In this document: piece after piece, positions 50,146 through 61,226 of the stretch | How positions within the stretch are numbered: position 1 is the first letter of the stretch | Layout: each line of letters opens with the position of its first letter | Assembly: GCA_000002435.2 (NCBI GenBank) | Contig: CM018790.1 | Reading direction: 5' to 3' (one strand) | Origin: Giardia intestinalis | Lineage: Eukaryota | Length of the DNA: 64,000 nt | Notes under the pieces: model-generated | The model's input: only the letters and a program-made list of their open reading frames with translations | Database searches by the model: none | What the model was told of the DNA's origin: nothing | Program-made: the position numbers and the translations under genes

Positions 50146-51770
50146 CCATCGCCTGATATCTAGTGAGCACCCGTTGTCCCGGGCCTTGCGTCGGTCACGG
50201 CGATCCTGTCTCAAGAGCAATTGACTCTGGCCATGTACTCTGGAGTAGCTTTGTGGTGCTGATGCTCCATGACGAAGATCGCGCCCCACGACCCCGGGTG
50301 TCGACTCCCGTTCCTCGGGGTGCCTCTTCATCTTCTCGTGGAGGGCACCATCTGTTCCATTATCAAGGATGCGCTCCCCGTGCGCCTCTGTCTTGGAGTC
50401 ATAGTACGCATTCGTGGATGCCAGCGGAGCACTCCCATGCGGTGGTGTCGGGGGAGAAGTATGGCCCTCCTATTCATGGATCGAAGGGCGCTCTTGCAGG
50501 CGGTCCGTCACCCAGCACGAGACCGCATCGGCGCCCATCCTGTGCAGTGCGTCTGGCTCAGTGACGTGTGGGCTGGTCCATCTGCACCGCAAAGCACGCT
50601 TGGGGGAATGATTCGGTCTGTCGAGGCGTCATCCAAAGCATCAGAAGCGATCAGGACCGGTTCGTCGTTAGGCCGTCTCTCTCTACAACCGGCACCCATC
50701 TACTCGATGATGTCAGGCACCGCCAGCTGCTGTAGTAGACGCCCAGTAGGTGGACCCCCAGGCTGCCGCTGTCCTGTATAGCCAAAAACGCAATGGGCTT
50801 CTTCAGGTCCGAAACAAGTATCTCAGCTAGAGACCCTGACCAGTCCGTTGAAGGATTCGTAGAAGTCATATGGCGTATCAATTACCAGCTTCAGATGCTT
50901 TGATGTACTCGCGATCGCCCTGAGGGCTGCAGATAGCCGCTCTTTCGAGACTGGGTTCCCAGGAAGAAAACTTTTCATACCTTCTGGATGCTCTTACGCT
51001 TAGCAATGTTAATCGTTAGGCCCCAGCCTCTCGCCATCTGAGCTACGCCTCTACTAACGTCGGTGGTCCCTACGAGACATTGCGACGGAAGTTGGGGGCG
51101 CCATCGACCCATGTAACAAGACATAGGCAGTGCCCAAGTTCTAGCGCCCAAGGGGAGTAAGCAAAGGGGACGGAGTGTCCCTGAAACAGTAGTGCAAGAG
51201 CTGAACTGGTGATTCCTGCAGCAGGGACTCATGGAGATCTCTTTCTCCACCAGAACTAGATGGCATCCGAATCATCGGATCTCAAATTCAATGAGCAAGA
51301 ATGTTGTCCACCGCAGCCGTTCTCTTTGAGTAATTTAGTCGGACAGCAGCTGGCAAGCTTGCCGTAATGAACCAAAGCAAACTATGTGGAGGCGTCTATG
51401 CGTGACGGTGCCCTTGTCTATGCTGCGTTGTCGAGTATTGGCTCATCACAGCTGTCAGGCTGAGTGCGCTGTAGACTCTCTATGTGCGTAGCGCTTCCGA
51501 GAGTGGTAGTGTGTCGGCCGCAGAATGGGTGGGTCTGCTCTTCCTGGTGATCCGGTAGCGGCTCGATCGGCTGGCCGGAGACAGGGCCTGATCCGAGGAC
51601 CCTCAGCGACAGGCAGGACCCTGGGTGGCAAGCGGTCGCGAGGAAGCGAACAGCAGCCGCCTGTGGCCGGCCGGCACAGCCCGCGGCGGCGGGTGTGCCT
51701 CGCCGGGCCCCGGAGACGCCCTGGAAGGTCGCGGCGCTGCAGGCCAGAGCGTGCCCGCCCGGGCCCAAAG
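50146..51770. repeat. right arm of the ~1.6-kb inverted repeat (partner 42373-43997)
   Basis: Reverse complement of the left arm (see the left-arm entry). Inner boundary: both arms share '...gaccccgacgggccagagagaaggga' and then diverge. Outer boundary: shared 'gctttgggcccgggcgggc'. Confidence 0.85.
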
Positions 51771-51863
51771 CACAGATGATGGTTCATTTCATCTATTTAC
51801 TAGAAGGCAACTAGCCGAATAGTCTGATAAGTAGCCTCTTCTTATGCATGTTAACTGAATAAG

Positions 51864-54281
51864 TCATATAACTGGGATATAACAGCATCCAATAATAACC
51901 CAGACAGCCGCAATGGTTTCTGCATATCCAAAGACAGAAACGTGCAGTCCTATACGCAGTTTATCCCCATGTGCCTCAACTATACTACGACTTTTATCGT
52001 TTGAAAGAAGCGTCTCTACAATAGGTGGAGCATAGAATCTTAGGCTCCCCATGACCTGCAACGGATAAACTATCAGTGTTTCACGAGAAGAAACATAATT
52101 TTTGAGCGCTACCTTCAAAGTCTCATTGCCTAACTGGCCGATAGTTCCACCCATGAGGCGTGTCTGTTCCCAGGATGCTACTGTGGGCGCCAATATCATA
52201 GAAAGCTGTTCAGATCTGGGTGTTGTCAGTCCAAGTGTTTGCCTCCGTGCTTCAATAAGCCTCCATATATCTGCTGTTAAATAACTGGACAGTGTAGCGG
52301 CCAAGGAGGGGCCAAACGGTTTTAGTATATTCTGGTTTTGAAGCAAACGTGGAAGACGGGTAGAAGTCACTAGATAATCATCGTCATCCATGTTATAGTG
52401 ATAGACATAGCTATTATAGACGCGTTCTATCATGGACTGATTGAAAGCTTTCCAAAATAAGGGCCTGGATATATCTAGAGATATGCCATGTATAAGTTGT
52501 TTTTCAGGTATGTATTGTAGTCTATTTGTACTTTGAATATTAACAAAAAGCATGGTTTCATTGAAAATGCAGTCTATTGTCTCATACGGAAAATGAATAA
52601 CAGTTCCAGCAGAATCAGAGTGTTTATCTATCTTGTATTGACCTTCTGTTGGCAACGAGTGCAGCTCTATCATACCTCCATGATCCGATAACAAGCAGTC
52701 CCAGAATTGAATCACCTGTGCACAGAGTGTGATAACGAACGCAGAGCGGACACTCCTATTTCCAGACACATCCGATTTTAGCCCTGGAAGAGCGCATGTG
52801 CCCAGAGCAACGAATGCCGGTATCTGATATCCTCTCAGCATCGAGCACAAGAGAACTGCCTTGTCAAACGGTGTACCAGCACCGACAGATAGCGTGGTGA
52901 TAACTCGAGACCAGACTAGCTCGTTGTTTCCTGATAGTCCAGCGGTGGCTGGAGTTGATTGGCGTCCAGGTGCTGGCATAAGTTGGATAAAGCGCATGCA
53001 ATAGCTAGCCGTTGGAAGGTACGAGCTTGTAAAGGGAGTGATAAGAGTGGAAATAGGGACCACCATTCCATCATCCCGAAGAGCATGGAGCTGAACAAAA
53101 CGCTTGTCTAGTCCAACCGAACTGGGCTGCGAGCCAAGATAGTCTCTCATAAATACGCTTGCGGTCCTATCATATTCTGCAAGTGCTCTGGAGACTGATC
53201 TTTTTGAGGTTGTTAATATGTCTCTAAGGGAGCGGAAGGAGGCTTCTTCAGAGACATCTGCACTGGTCAGAAGGGGCGTGAAAGTGATTGAAACGTTAAG
53301 AGTACCTAGCCGTATTTTTTCGGTTGGAGTGTTGGGTCCTGGTGCTTGAGAATAAGGGTACATGGGAACACTAACTGCCCCAGCCAGCAGAGAATTGGCC
53401 TTGGTCAGCTCAGTGAAGAACTCCACAAAGCCAACTCGTCCATGTGCATGAAGATACTGCATTCCTGAATAGCTGTGGAACACCGCAAGAAAGGTAAGGT
53501 CAGTTACTTTGAGATCTGAAATTGCTCTGAAAGAAGTCAGCGGAGTGGAGGATATACAGAATCGAATCTTTGAAAACGCTAACGGTGCAAGCCCTATAGT
53601 AGCATCACTTCTTTCACACTTGATTGGCGGACAGACATGCCGCAAATTTCCAAGAGCTATTGTGAGGGTAATCACGCCTTCCTCACTGACGCCAGATTGC
53701 CCACCAAGATTGTTACTACACGGAGGAGCAAGCTCACCCGAGGTGATCTGAACCTCTAGATGTTGTTCTACAAGAGTTCTAGACTCTCTAGCAGCGTGAA
53801 GCGCTGTAAGCATTGAGACGGAATCTCTAACCACTTCACTCATAGCACGTGTTGCCTGACGCTCTGTACTATTTAAATCATCGTGTGTATTCATAGACAA
53901 TACATTAGGCTGTGTGCCCCCCTGGACAGACTCCAAATGGCGGCGAGCTTGCTCTCTTCTTTCCATACGTTCCTCTGCAGACATTGATATGCAATCTGTT
54001 GGCTCTGCAGTGGCCCCAGAGCACTTCGACCTGTGAATAGCATATGCCTCCTTCACTGTTTGCTTATCAAAGGCCTGGTCAAAGTATCTTTCTGCCAGTG
54101 AGTGTACTAAGTTGGACTTTTCCAGGTATACTAAGAGACGCTTTTCTACGTCCCGTGGGTTCATATCTCTATCTATCTTTAGCTCTGGGTCCTTGGACTC
54201 ACTGAGTTCCTGGAAAATGCTCTGCAGCTGCTCTTTTGTAAGCTCTCTTAGAACGAACGCCTTAATGCTCTGGGAGTCCAT
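51864..54281 (-). CDS. hypothetical protein; C-terminal region resembles the inactive transglutaminase-like fold of CEP76/CC2D2A-type ciliary proteins (tentative)
   Basis: 805-aa uninterrupted ORF. The segment ...TPFDKAVLLCSMLRGYQIPAFVALGTCALPG... resembles the TGL-domain core 'A.LLcslL.g.gi.A.v.lG' of CEP76/CC2D2A. Otherwise no motifs. Confidence 0.5.
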   Translation of the reverse strand: MDSQSIKAFVLRELTKEQLQSIFQELSESKDPELKIDRDMNPRDVEKRLLVYLEKSNLVHSLAERYFDQAFDKQTVKEAYAIHRSKCSGATAEPTDCISMSAEERMERREQARRHLESVQGGTQPNVLSMNTHDDLNSTERQATRAMSEVVRDSVSMLTALHAARESRTLVEQHLEVQITSGELAPPCSNNLGGQSGVSEEGVITLTIALGNLRHVCPPIKCERSDATIGLAPLAFSKIRFCISSTPLTSFRAISDLKVTDLTFLAVFHSYSGMQYLHAHGRVGFVEFFTELTKANSLLAGAVSVPMYPYSQAPGPNTPTEKIRLGTLNVSITFTPLLTSADVSEEASFRSLRDILTTSKRSVSRALAEYDRTASVFMRDYLGSQPSSVGLDKRFVQLHALRDDGMVVPISTLITPFTSSYLPTASYCMRFIQLMPAPGRQSTPATAGLSGNNELVWSRVITTLSVGAGTPFDKAVLLCSMLRGYQIPAFVALGTCALPGLKSDVSGNRSVRSAFVITLCAQVIQFWDCLLSDHGGMIELHSLPTEGQYKIDKHSDSAGTVIHFPYETIDCIFNETMLFVNIQSTNRLQYIPEKQLIHGISLDISRPLFWKAFNQSMIERVYNSYVYHYNMDDDDYLVTSTRLPRLLQNQNILKPFGPSLAATLSSYLTADIWRLIEARRQTLGLTTPRSEQLSMILAPTVASWEQTRLMGGTIGQLGNETLKVALKNYVSSRETLIVYPLQVMGSLRFYAPPIVETLLSNDKSRSIVEAHGDKLRIGLHVSVFGYAETIAAVWVIIGCCYIPVI

Positions 54282-54347
54282 GCTTCTGTCTGCTAAAAAC
54301 AGAAGGGCACAAAATCAATTTTTGGTAGTCTCTAGGATCTCGAAAGC

Positions 54348-57300
54348 ATGCGCTTGAATGAGCTTCTGGAGCAATACGGGCTTCAGAACCTTGAAAACTT
54401 ATCTCCAGGATCTTTTACTGATCTCCTAGACACATACTGTCGCGAGTTAAATGGATCCGCTGGTAATGCCATAGATGTCCTAGAGGAGCAAGAAGAGCTT
54501 CCTAAGGCGATCGTTGTATGCATAAGGAAAGCGACATCCCTTCTTCTAGATTCCAGTCATAACCTAGCTGTCTGTCCTTCATTTTGCAAGTTTTGCTCCC
54601 TTCTCTTTACCTTACTCTCTGAATTATCCAACAAGAAGCTTTTGTCTCAATATTCTATGCTTCTCCTTCAATCGTTGGCCAAAATTGCGCACTCTTTGTC
54701 ATCCAGTAGCTCCTTCAGTTCACTCTTTTCTGCTTCACCCTCATCTCGACGTTCACTTTACACCAAGGACACGTATCTTGCAAGCCTTTCTACGTCCAGT
54801 ACACTCCTTATCAGTCTCATTTCTTCGGGGACGGAGTTGGCCACAATTACCTTACTTTCTAACTCCAACAGGTCGGACGGACGAGTTGCTAATTACATAC
54901 AGCTTTTAGAATTTATAGCTACACACGGACCCTTGCTATACTTTATTGGATGTGCAGATTTAGATGACGTACAAACTGAACACGTACAGGTACAGATGCT
55001 TGCAATGGTAGAAAAGATTATACCGTCTTCTATCTTACACATATTGACACATAGAGCTAGTTGTCTGAAGGTCAACACATCAGATGCCCCGGCATCCTCC
55101 GAATTGAAGCGCCTACTTGCAGGGATAAAGCAGTACATGTTCTCTATGTATGCTCTCAGCATATATGCCCAAGGCCACGAAGCTAAGCAGGATGCAGAGG
55201 GTAGTGAGTCATATAGTGAGGACTCTGATCAAAGACTCGATATAAATAATCAAGACAGCACCACGAGTTATTGGCTGTCAGATATCGATGCAAACTTTTC
55301 TCTAGATGAAATGAGCTTTCTTAGATTATACGCCAGCACTGGACTGAGCTCTTTGAACAAAGCACTCGTCCTTTTCATTACTTCCACACTACGAAAGACC
55401 TCTATGGATAGCATGAAGGAGTGGCTTGGTGAACTGTACTCGTTTATCCCTCCATCTGGAAGGCAAATTACTGCGTTAGCTATTCTTTTGATCGAAAGGT
55501 TATTCTCTAGAGGCTTGAAAAGCTATGCACCCCTCTCTGGCTTCTTATTAGATCTGTCTGAGGTGTATTTCATGATGACTGATATGGGCGTATCTGTGCG
55601 CATCATAGATATCTTTGTAGAGATTCAAGCAAGCGGGCCAATAGGCAGGGAATATGTCAGCACCGTTCTTTACCGTAATTTGCTTCGAAATAGATTATCT
55701 GCAACATCACTACGCAGAAGGCAGGCCATATACCTTCTCCAAGAGTTATTTCCAGTTTCCGAAGAGGCAGAGCTGATATCTCTGGACATCGACTCCTTAA
55801 TTTCTGCACTTGGAGACAGTGACACAACGGTTCGGGAGGCCGCTATGGCATGTTCTATTGCCATTCTATCCAAATACTACGACTGTATGCCGTTTGCAGG
55901 GCGATCTAAGCTTCTTTCCAATCTTCTTGAGAGCACTTTCGATATCTCATCTACTATTCGATCCTTGGCCATCAACGGGCTTGTAGAGCTGCACAAAGTG
56001 CCCTCTCTTCGTGCAGATATTAGCTCGTTTGCTTATAATAACCGAGAAAAGCTTTCTCTTCTGCTGCTGGACAGTACACAAAGTGGCGAATCGAATATCA
56101 AAGCATCTGTTCAGCACGCATACATACGGTTCATTTGCAGCATTGCGCACGATGCTGCGCTCCTCTCCACCTCTGAGACCTCTTCTGGCACATCACAATA
56201 CAAAGTACTGACTACGAGTATGCGACTATTTTATTGCACTATCTACTCGCAACTGTTTAGTGGAAATCTTGCCATTTTAAATAACATCTTTCCGACGCCA
56301 ATACAAACGCTACTAGATGCCCGAGAAGAAAGCAGCACGAGCAAGGAAGGGGCAGATTCATCTGGAGGCGAAGTCTTCTTGTCGTTTTTGCGAAATATAA
56401 TTGTTTCGATGGGATACCTTTCAGGTCCTTTAGTCGAAGCTGTGGTAAAGTATCTCAGTGACGATATAGACTCCATGAAACAGCCAGAAACACGGTTGCT
56501 GGGACATGCTGCTGTGCTGAAACTACTTCTATCTCTAGCCTGCTATCTTTACGAAATTATAACTGTGTCTATGGAGAACGAAGAGGTTATACGGTATGTG
56601 ACATATGAGCGTGATCATGAGTATGATACTGGTCAAATAGAGACAAAGTCTATCGAATCCACTATGGAATTCTGCAATCCTTTGTCAATGCTCTTACGAC
56701 TAATACCAGAAGTCTATAGCCATGTCTCGTTGGAACAGACCAACGTCTCTAAGTCTGAACTGCGAGCAAGGCGCCGGAGTATGGCCCCGCTGGTTGGTGA
56801 CCTCACCAGAGAGTGGTGCTCTGGCTGTAGTGTTAAGTTGCTAGCTTTTTTAAAAGAAATATGTTACACAGGCACGGATTCTAAAGCCTCTATGCATGCA
56901 ATGGTGTTAGCCTTCCATTTAGAAAAGGTAGTCATGCAGTTAGATTCTGAGCTCCGTGATAATGAGCATACAGAGGGCCCTCCATTTAAAGAATCTTATA
57001 GCACTGAGTTCTCCAATGCTGCTGTTTCTTTCGCTCGGTCCATTGGCCAATCGTACTTGATAGAGCCGGCAACTTGGTACCTTGAATGCTTGTGCCACAC
57101 CCACGACTGTGCTTTTATAAACGCTGAATGTGTGGATGTCATAGACCTTTCTATACTCATTGCAGAGCGAACGGACTATGAAGTTGATGAATCTTTGTTA
57201 GGGCTCTCTGGCGCCACAAACTACAAAAGGATCATAATGCGATATTATAGCAAGGATTATAGCAAGAGCTTCATAGGTGCTAACAATGCTCTCGATGTTG

Positions 57301-58073
57301 TCAAGGAGACGATAGTGGAGATGGCTCAGTTGCTGGTTAGTGTCTACTCATGGAAAACGAACAAGACAGAGAACGACAATCACAAGTACATGGAGCGATT
57401 GATACTAGCGTGCTGTTGCAAAGCATGGTCACTGCTATGCTACTTGTACACACATTGGTTGCTTAGTGACGATGATGTCCTGCCACGGGAGCTTGAAGAC
57501 ATGTGGACAGCAGGTATCAGTCTGGTATTATTTTTCTGCACTTATCTATTCAAGACTGTCTATCGTAGCAGTCTGGGAGATTCTGACATAATCATCTCAG
57601 ATAGATCTTATAGCATGCTGTCACTGTTAGCTGGGATTGGAATAGATGCTATGATAATATCACTCTTGATCAATCTAAGCATATCGTATAGCCCTTTGGC
57701 GACGCAGATTATTATACAGTTTCATAATTACTTCATGAAGAATGATGTTCGTAGCAGTTCTTTTACCTTAAGGGCAATATGTATTAACAACGAGGGCGTG
57801 CTAGGGAAAGTATTTAGTACTGAAGAGCTGGAAACAGGGCCGGGAGCCCTTATGTCTCTGCTTTTACAAAAGTGCACTTCAATCATGCTTGAGCGAGCAA
57901 AAGCACATGGCGCAGAGCGTCAGAGGTGTATACTTTGTATCGTCGATAGGCTGATCACTTCGAAATCTCTTGAAGATTTGAGCCTCCGCGACGCTATTTT
58001 TACTTCAATGGAGCCAGATTCCAAAAAAGTCTATTATGACCTCCTCTTGCTAGCCAAGTGCTTAGATCATTAG
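54348..58073 (+). CDS. large hypothetical protein (1241 aa), likely helical/HEAT-like repeat
   Basis: Uninterrupted 3.7-kb ORF. Leu-rich amphipathic helices throughout (e.g. DTTVREAAMACSIAILSKYYD). No catalytic motif. Confidence 0.6.
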   Translation: MRLNELLEQYGLQNLENLSPGSFTDLLDTYCRELNGSAGNAIDVLEEQEELPKAIVVCIRKATSLLLDSSHNLAVCPSFCKFCSLLFTLLSELSNKKLLSQYSMLLLQSLAKIAHSLSSSSSFSSLFSASPSSRRSLYTKDTYLASLSTSSTLLISLISSGTELATITLLSNSNRSDGRVANYIQLLEFIATHGPLLYFIGCADLDDVQTEHVQVQMLAMVEKIIPSSILHILTHRASCLKVNTSDAPASSELKRLLAGIKQYMFSMYALSIYAQGHEAKQDAEGSESYSEDSDQRLDINNQDSTTSYWLSDIDANFSLDEMSFLRLYASTGLSSLNKALVLFITSTLRKTSMDSMKEWLGELYSFIPPSGRQITALAILLIERLFSRGLKSYAPLSGFLLDLSEVYFMMTDMGVSVRIIDIFVEIQASGPIGREYVSTVLYRNLLRNRLSATSLRRRQAIYLLQELFPVSEEAELISLDIDSLISALGDSDTTVREAAMACSIAILSKYYDCMPFAGRSKLLSNLLESTFDISSTIRSLAINGLVELHKVPSLRADISSFAYNNREKLSLLLLDSTQSGESNIKASVQHAYIRFICSIAHDAALLSTSETSSGTSQYKVLTTSMRLFYCTIYSQLFSGNLAILNNIFPTPIQTLLDAREESSTSKEGADSSGGEVFLSFLRNIIVSMGYLSGPLVEAVVKYLSDDIDSMKQPETRLLGHAAVLKLLLSLACYLYEIITVSMENEEVIRYVTYERDHEYDTGQIETKSIESTMEFCNPLSMLLRLIPEVYSHVSLEQTNVSKSELRARRRSMAPLVGDLTREWCSGCSVKLLAFLKEICYTGTDSKASMHAMVLAFHLEKVVMQLDSELRDNEHTEGPPFKESYSTEFSNAAVSFARSIGQSYLIEPATWYLECLCHTHDCAFINAECVDVIDLSILIAERTDYEVDESLLGLSGATNYKRIIMRYYSKDYSKSFIGANNALDVVKETIVEMAQLLVSVYSWKTNKTENDNHKYMERLILACCCKAWSLLCYLYTHWLLSDDDVLPRELEDMWTAGISLVLFFCTYLFKTVYRSSLGDSDIIISDRSYSMLSLLAGIGIDAMIISLLINLSISYSPLATQIIIQFHNYFMKNDVRSSSFTLRAICINNEGVLGKVFSTEELETGPGALMSLLLQKCTSIMLERAKAHGAERQRCILCIVDRLITSKSLEDLSLRDAIFTSMEPDSKKVYYDLLLLAKCLDH

Positions 58074-58159
58074 CTTAAATGGGGGCGCATAATTAAATAA
58101 ACCGGGAGACTCCCCTGACAGTTTCCCTGCGTTCCAATAAAAAATACTGTGGCCTGATT

Positions 58160-60427
58160 ATGCCAACTATACTTCCACGCTTCACTTATGTTAAACGGTC
58201 TGGAGACGCACTGACGCCTCTGGGCTCATTTGTTTGTCTTTTTCTCATGGCGATGGACCTGTTCTATGCGTATGCCCTGTCCTCGCAGCTAAGAGTCACG
58301 CAGGAACTTATGTTTTCTATGCCAGCCCACATAATTTCCTTGACTACGATAGTAGGCTTTATTCTTGCTGGGTATATTTCGTTGCCACTTCGCGGCCTTC
58401 TCACCTGTACGCTTGTGGGGTCGGCTATCCCTGTTTTAATCTGCGGAATCGTCTTGACAGCGGGGGCAGCTCCTGTAAGCTCCTGTAGCTATGGACTTGC
58501 CGCATTTGTGGGGATTGCGCTCGGGATTCGTGTCCCCGGCATCTTTGTCTATATGCTTGATGTGAGTCGGAGCCGATTGGGGAACCGTTCAGGGCTCGTG
58601 ATCTCTGGATATCTCTTTGCCTTTTGTCTATGTCTAGTGCAGCAAGCGTTTCTTTACCAAGCCATTGGAATGACAACCTTGAACAAGGCGACCTCGTCTA
58701 CAACTTCGTCTGAATTGTCAGCACTATATACAACTGCCATAACGCCACATATTTCCTATCTGACACTTTCTTATGGCATTGTTTTATCCCTGGGAAGTCT
58801 TATTTTCGTTATTAGTGCAATGCCACACAAGCTTGATCCTAAATCCGGGGATTACAAGCCGCAAACAAAGCGCCAAAAAATTTCATCGTTCAGAGCTGTA
58901 TCCTCTGAGGTTGCAGCCCCTATTGTCTCTCCATTTCACATTACTGGGGTTAAAGTGGGAGATCAGTACATCGCGAATTCCTCTTCGCACTTGAGCACTG
59001 CAAGCCCCCGGACAGCCTATTCTAGCACCATCAAGACGCCTCTAGATATTGCACAGGCAGAGTCAAATCCCCATGCGGTTCTCTCGTCAACTACCAATGG
59101 GTCGGTTATGTTTGCGGTCCATAGCGTTAATACCATGAAGAATATGACCTTTGCAGCATATGAAACATCCTTCAATAATAGCGGTAACGATGTCCGACAT
59201 AACGGAGTGAAGACTCTTCGCCTGTTCAACAAGGGTGTCCACAATAGACTTGCGTATCAAATATGCGCCTTGGTGTGCTTGTTAGCGTCTCTGGAGATTC
59301 TGTTTGCCGCGCTAGCTTACGTTCAGTACAATCTCTCGTCTATAGGGCACCTGAGGACGATATTCCTCCGCCTGGTACCGGATCTGGACAAAATAGGAGG
59401 CTCTACGGGCAGCACTGATCCGTCTAAAAGGCTATATTTACAAAACCTTTTTGCGCTGGCAATCTGGTGCGGAGTCTCCTGCTTTTTATTGTTTATTTTT
59501 TCCATTCTCGCTGCATTTGTCTCTCCCTTGTTTATTAGTTATCGTCAGCGTCTCCTAGAGCTTCCTGGCACCAAGAAGCTAATTTACACGCTCGTAACAC
59601 CAGCTATCCTCTCGTTTCTTCTTCTTTACCTCCCCAATCTGTTAGTTGCTTTCTTCTGTGGTACCACACAGTGCCCCGGATATGAAAATCCATTCACGAT
59701 CTATTTCGTTATTATAATATCAGTATTTGGCGGGTCCTGTGTTCTGTTTCTTGTCTCCCTTAGTATTGCACACATTTATGAGTTTACAGAACAGCTCAAT
59801 CGAAAGTTTAGCCGCCCCATTATTAGGCTCATGGCTCTCCCTTTGATTATCAATCCTCTTGTTGCTCGTCTGTTGGTGTTCGACTTATCTCGCATACCAT
59901 ACTTTTCGGTAGTTTACTCCGAGCTCAATAACAGTTCTACGTCACAGGCACTTGTTCTGGTTGGCATTCTTATTAGCATAAGTGGGCTGCTTACTGCCCT
60001 GGGACTGATACTGATAGTGGTCGGTAAGGGACACGAGCATACGGCACAAGTGGACTTTGAAAAGATAGGGATAACCCTTAAGTCTCCAAATGCATCTCGG
60101 AAGGGCGCAGGTAGTCTTCAGAAGAAGCCCTTAAAAGATGATGAAGTGCTCCATGAAATCCCGAAGCCTTTTTCACGCGTGCTCGTGGAGCCATCCGATC
60201 AGTCCCAGAGCCATGAAGAAGCTCAAAGCACGGGGGATCAAAGCCACTGTCTGGAAAAGGCACATCCTAATCATCCGACCACTGACAACGGTCCTTTAAG
60301 CCGATCAATTTATCAACACGAGGTTGTCTGCGACTCGTCGACTCCCGCGTCTCCAGCAAGCATTTCTCCAAACACTACTATGACTAGCCAGTTACGTAGG
60401 CCAAGAGACAGCCTCACAGACCCTTAG
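58160..60427 (+). CDS. multi-pass transmembrane protein, putative transporter
   Basis: ATG at 58160. At least 10 hydrophobic helices (e.g. IISLTTIVGFILAGYISL, LVGSAIPVLICGIVLTAGAA, LAAFVGIALGIRVPGIFVYML, LVISGYLFAFCLCLVQQAFLY, AIWCGVSCFLLFIFSILAAFVSPLFI, VIIISVFGGSCVLFLVSLSIA). Hydrophilic C-terminal tail. Confidence 0.6.
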   Translation: MPTILPRFTYVKRSGDALTPLGSFVCLFLMAMDLFYAYALSSQLRVTQELMFSMPAHIISLTTIVGFILAGYISLPLRGLLTCTLVGSAIPVLICGIVLTAGAAPVSSCSYGLAAFVGIALGIRVPGIFVYMLDVSRSRLGNRSGLVISGYLFAFCLCLVQQAFLYQAIGMTTLNKATSSTTSSELSALYTTAITPHISYLTLSYGIVLSLGSLIFVISAMPHKLDPKSGDYKPQTKRQKISSFRAVSSEVAAPIVSPFHITGVKVGDQYIANSSSHLSTASPRTAYSSTIKTPLDIAQAESNPHAVLSSTTNGSVMFAVHSVNTMKNMTFAAYETSFNNSGNDVRHNGVKTLRLFNKGVHNRLAYQICALVCLLASLEILFAALAYVQYNLSSIGHLRTIFLRLVPDLDKIGGSTGSTDPSKRLYLQNLFALAIWCGVSCFLLFIFSILAAFVSPLFISYRQRLLELPGTKKLIYTLVTPAILSFLLLYLPNLLVAFFCGTTQCPGYENPFTIYFVIIISVFGGSCVLFLVSLSIAHIYEFTEQLNRKFSRPIIRLMALPLIINPLVARLLVFDLSRIPYFSVVYSELNNSSTSQALVLVGILISISGLLTALGLILIVVGKGHEHTAQVDFEKIGITLKSPNASRKGAGSLQKKPLKDDEVLHEIPKPFSRVLVEPSDQSQSHEEAQSTGDQSHCLEKAHPNHPTTDNGPLSRSIYQHEVVCDSSTPASPASISPNTTMTSQLRRPRDSLTDP

Positions 60428-60470
60428 CACCCCTGAAATAAGCATCAAAAACAAAGAGATCAATTTACAG

Positions 60471-60947
60471 TCAATACTCCTCAGGGATCGTATAACAACC
60501 CTCAGATAACATAAAGAGATGGTCCACGCTGATGTCAAAGGTAAAAAACAGGTGTTTTTGGCTACATGTAACCTTGCGGAGATCCATCATCTCAGGGAAC
60601 GCTGAACAGAATGTTATTGACTGAAAAACGCTGCGACAAAGGCTATGGTAATCGCTTGCGGTGAACTGAGGAGATTTAGGAGGAGCCGCGGTGCATTTTT
60701 TTGAGGGCGCAAAAACATCATTGTTGGCACCTAGGGAGGGAGATTGCGTTATTGGGGATCTAATATCTCGTGTAGTGGTGATAATAGGCGAATCCACCTC
60801 CTCGTGGAGAAAGTCTGGCTCTAGGTCGGGGACACTCAAAGGTGCGTCTTCGTACGATATATTGCGCTTTAGAACAGGCTCGTGTTCGTGTACAGTTGGT
60901 GAAATAATACAAGAAGAAGGTTCTGCTGGGGTGGGTGTCTGATTCAT
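60471..60947 (-). CDS. hypothetical protein (158 aa), weak
   Basis: ORF between two better-supported genes. Ser/Pro/Thr-rich N-terminus. No motifs. Confidence 0.3.
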   Translation of the reverse strand: MNQTPTPAEPSSCIISPTVHEHEPVLKRNISYEDAPLSVPDLEPDFLHEEVDSPIITTTRDIRSPITQSPSLGANNDVFAPSKKCTAAPPKSPQFTASDYHSLCRSVFQSITFCSAFPEMMDLRKVTCSQKHLFFTFDISVDHLFMLSEGCYTIPEEY

Positions 60948-61226
60948 TTGGGTGTGATTTTTTGAAAGTCAAAATATGAAAAAGCGGAAGATTTTTTGAA
61001 GGTTAAAAGCGGGCTAGCTGACTTTGTCATAGGTTCTGTCTGCCAGCACTGTACCGCGCCCCAACCCTTCTGCTTGTCTGGGTTAGCTTTTAGATATCAA
61101 TCTTTTAATTTTTAACTATTATTTTTAGTGGATTAATTACATTCTAATCAACGTCCTACAAACTTACCAACGTATTCACGAAACTTCTGGTCCTAATTCA
61201 AGTATAATCTAGTCTAAAATTAGGGT

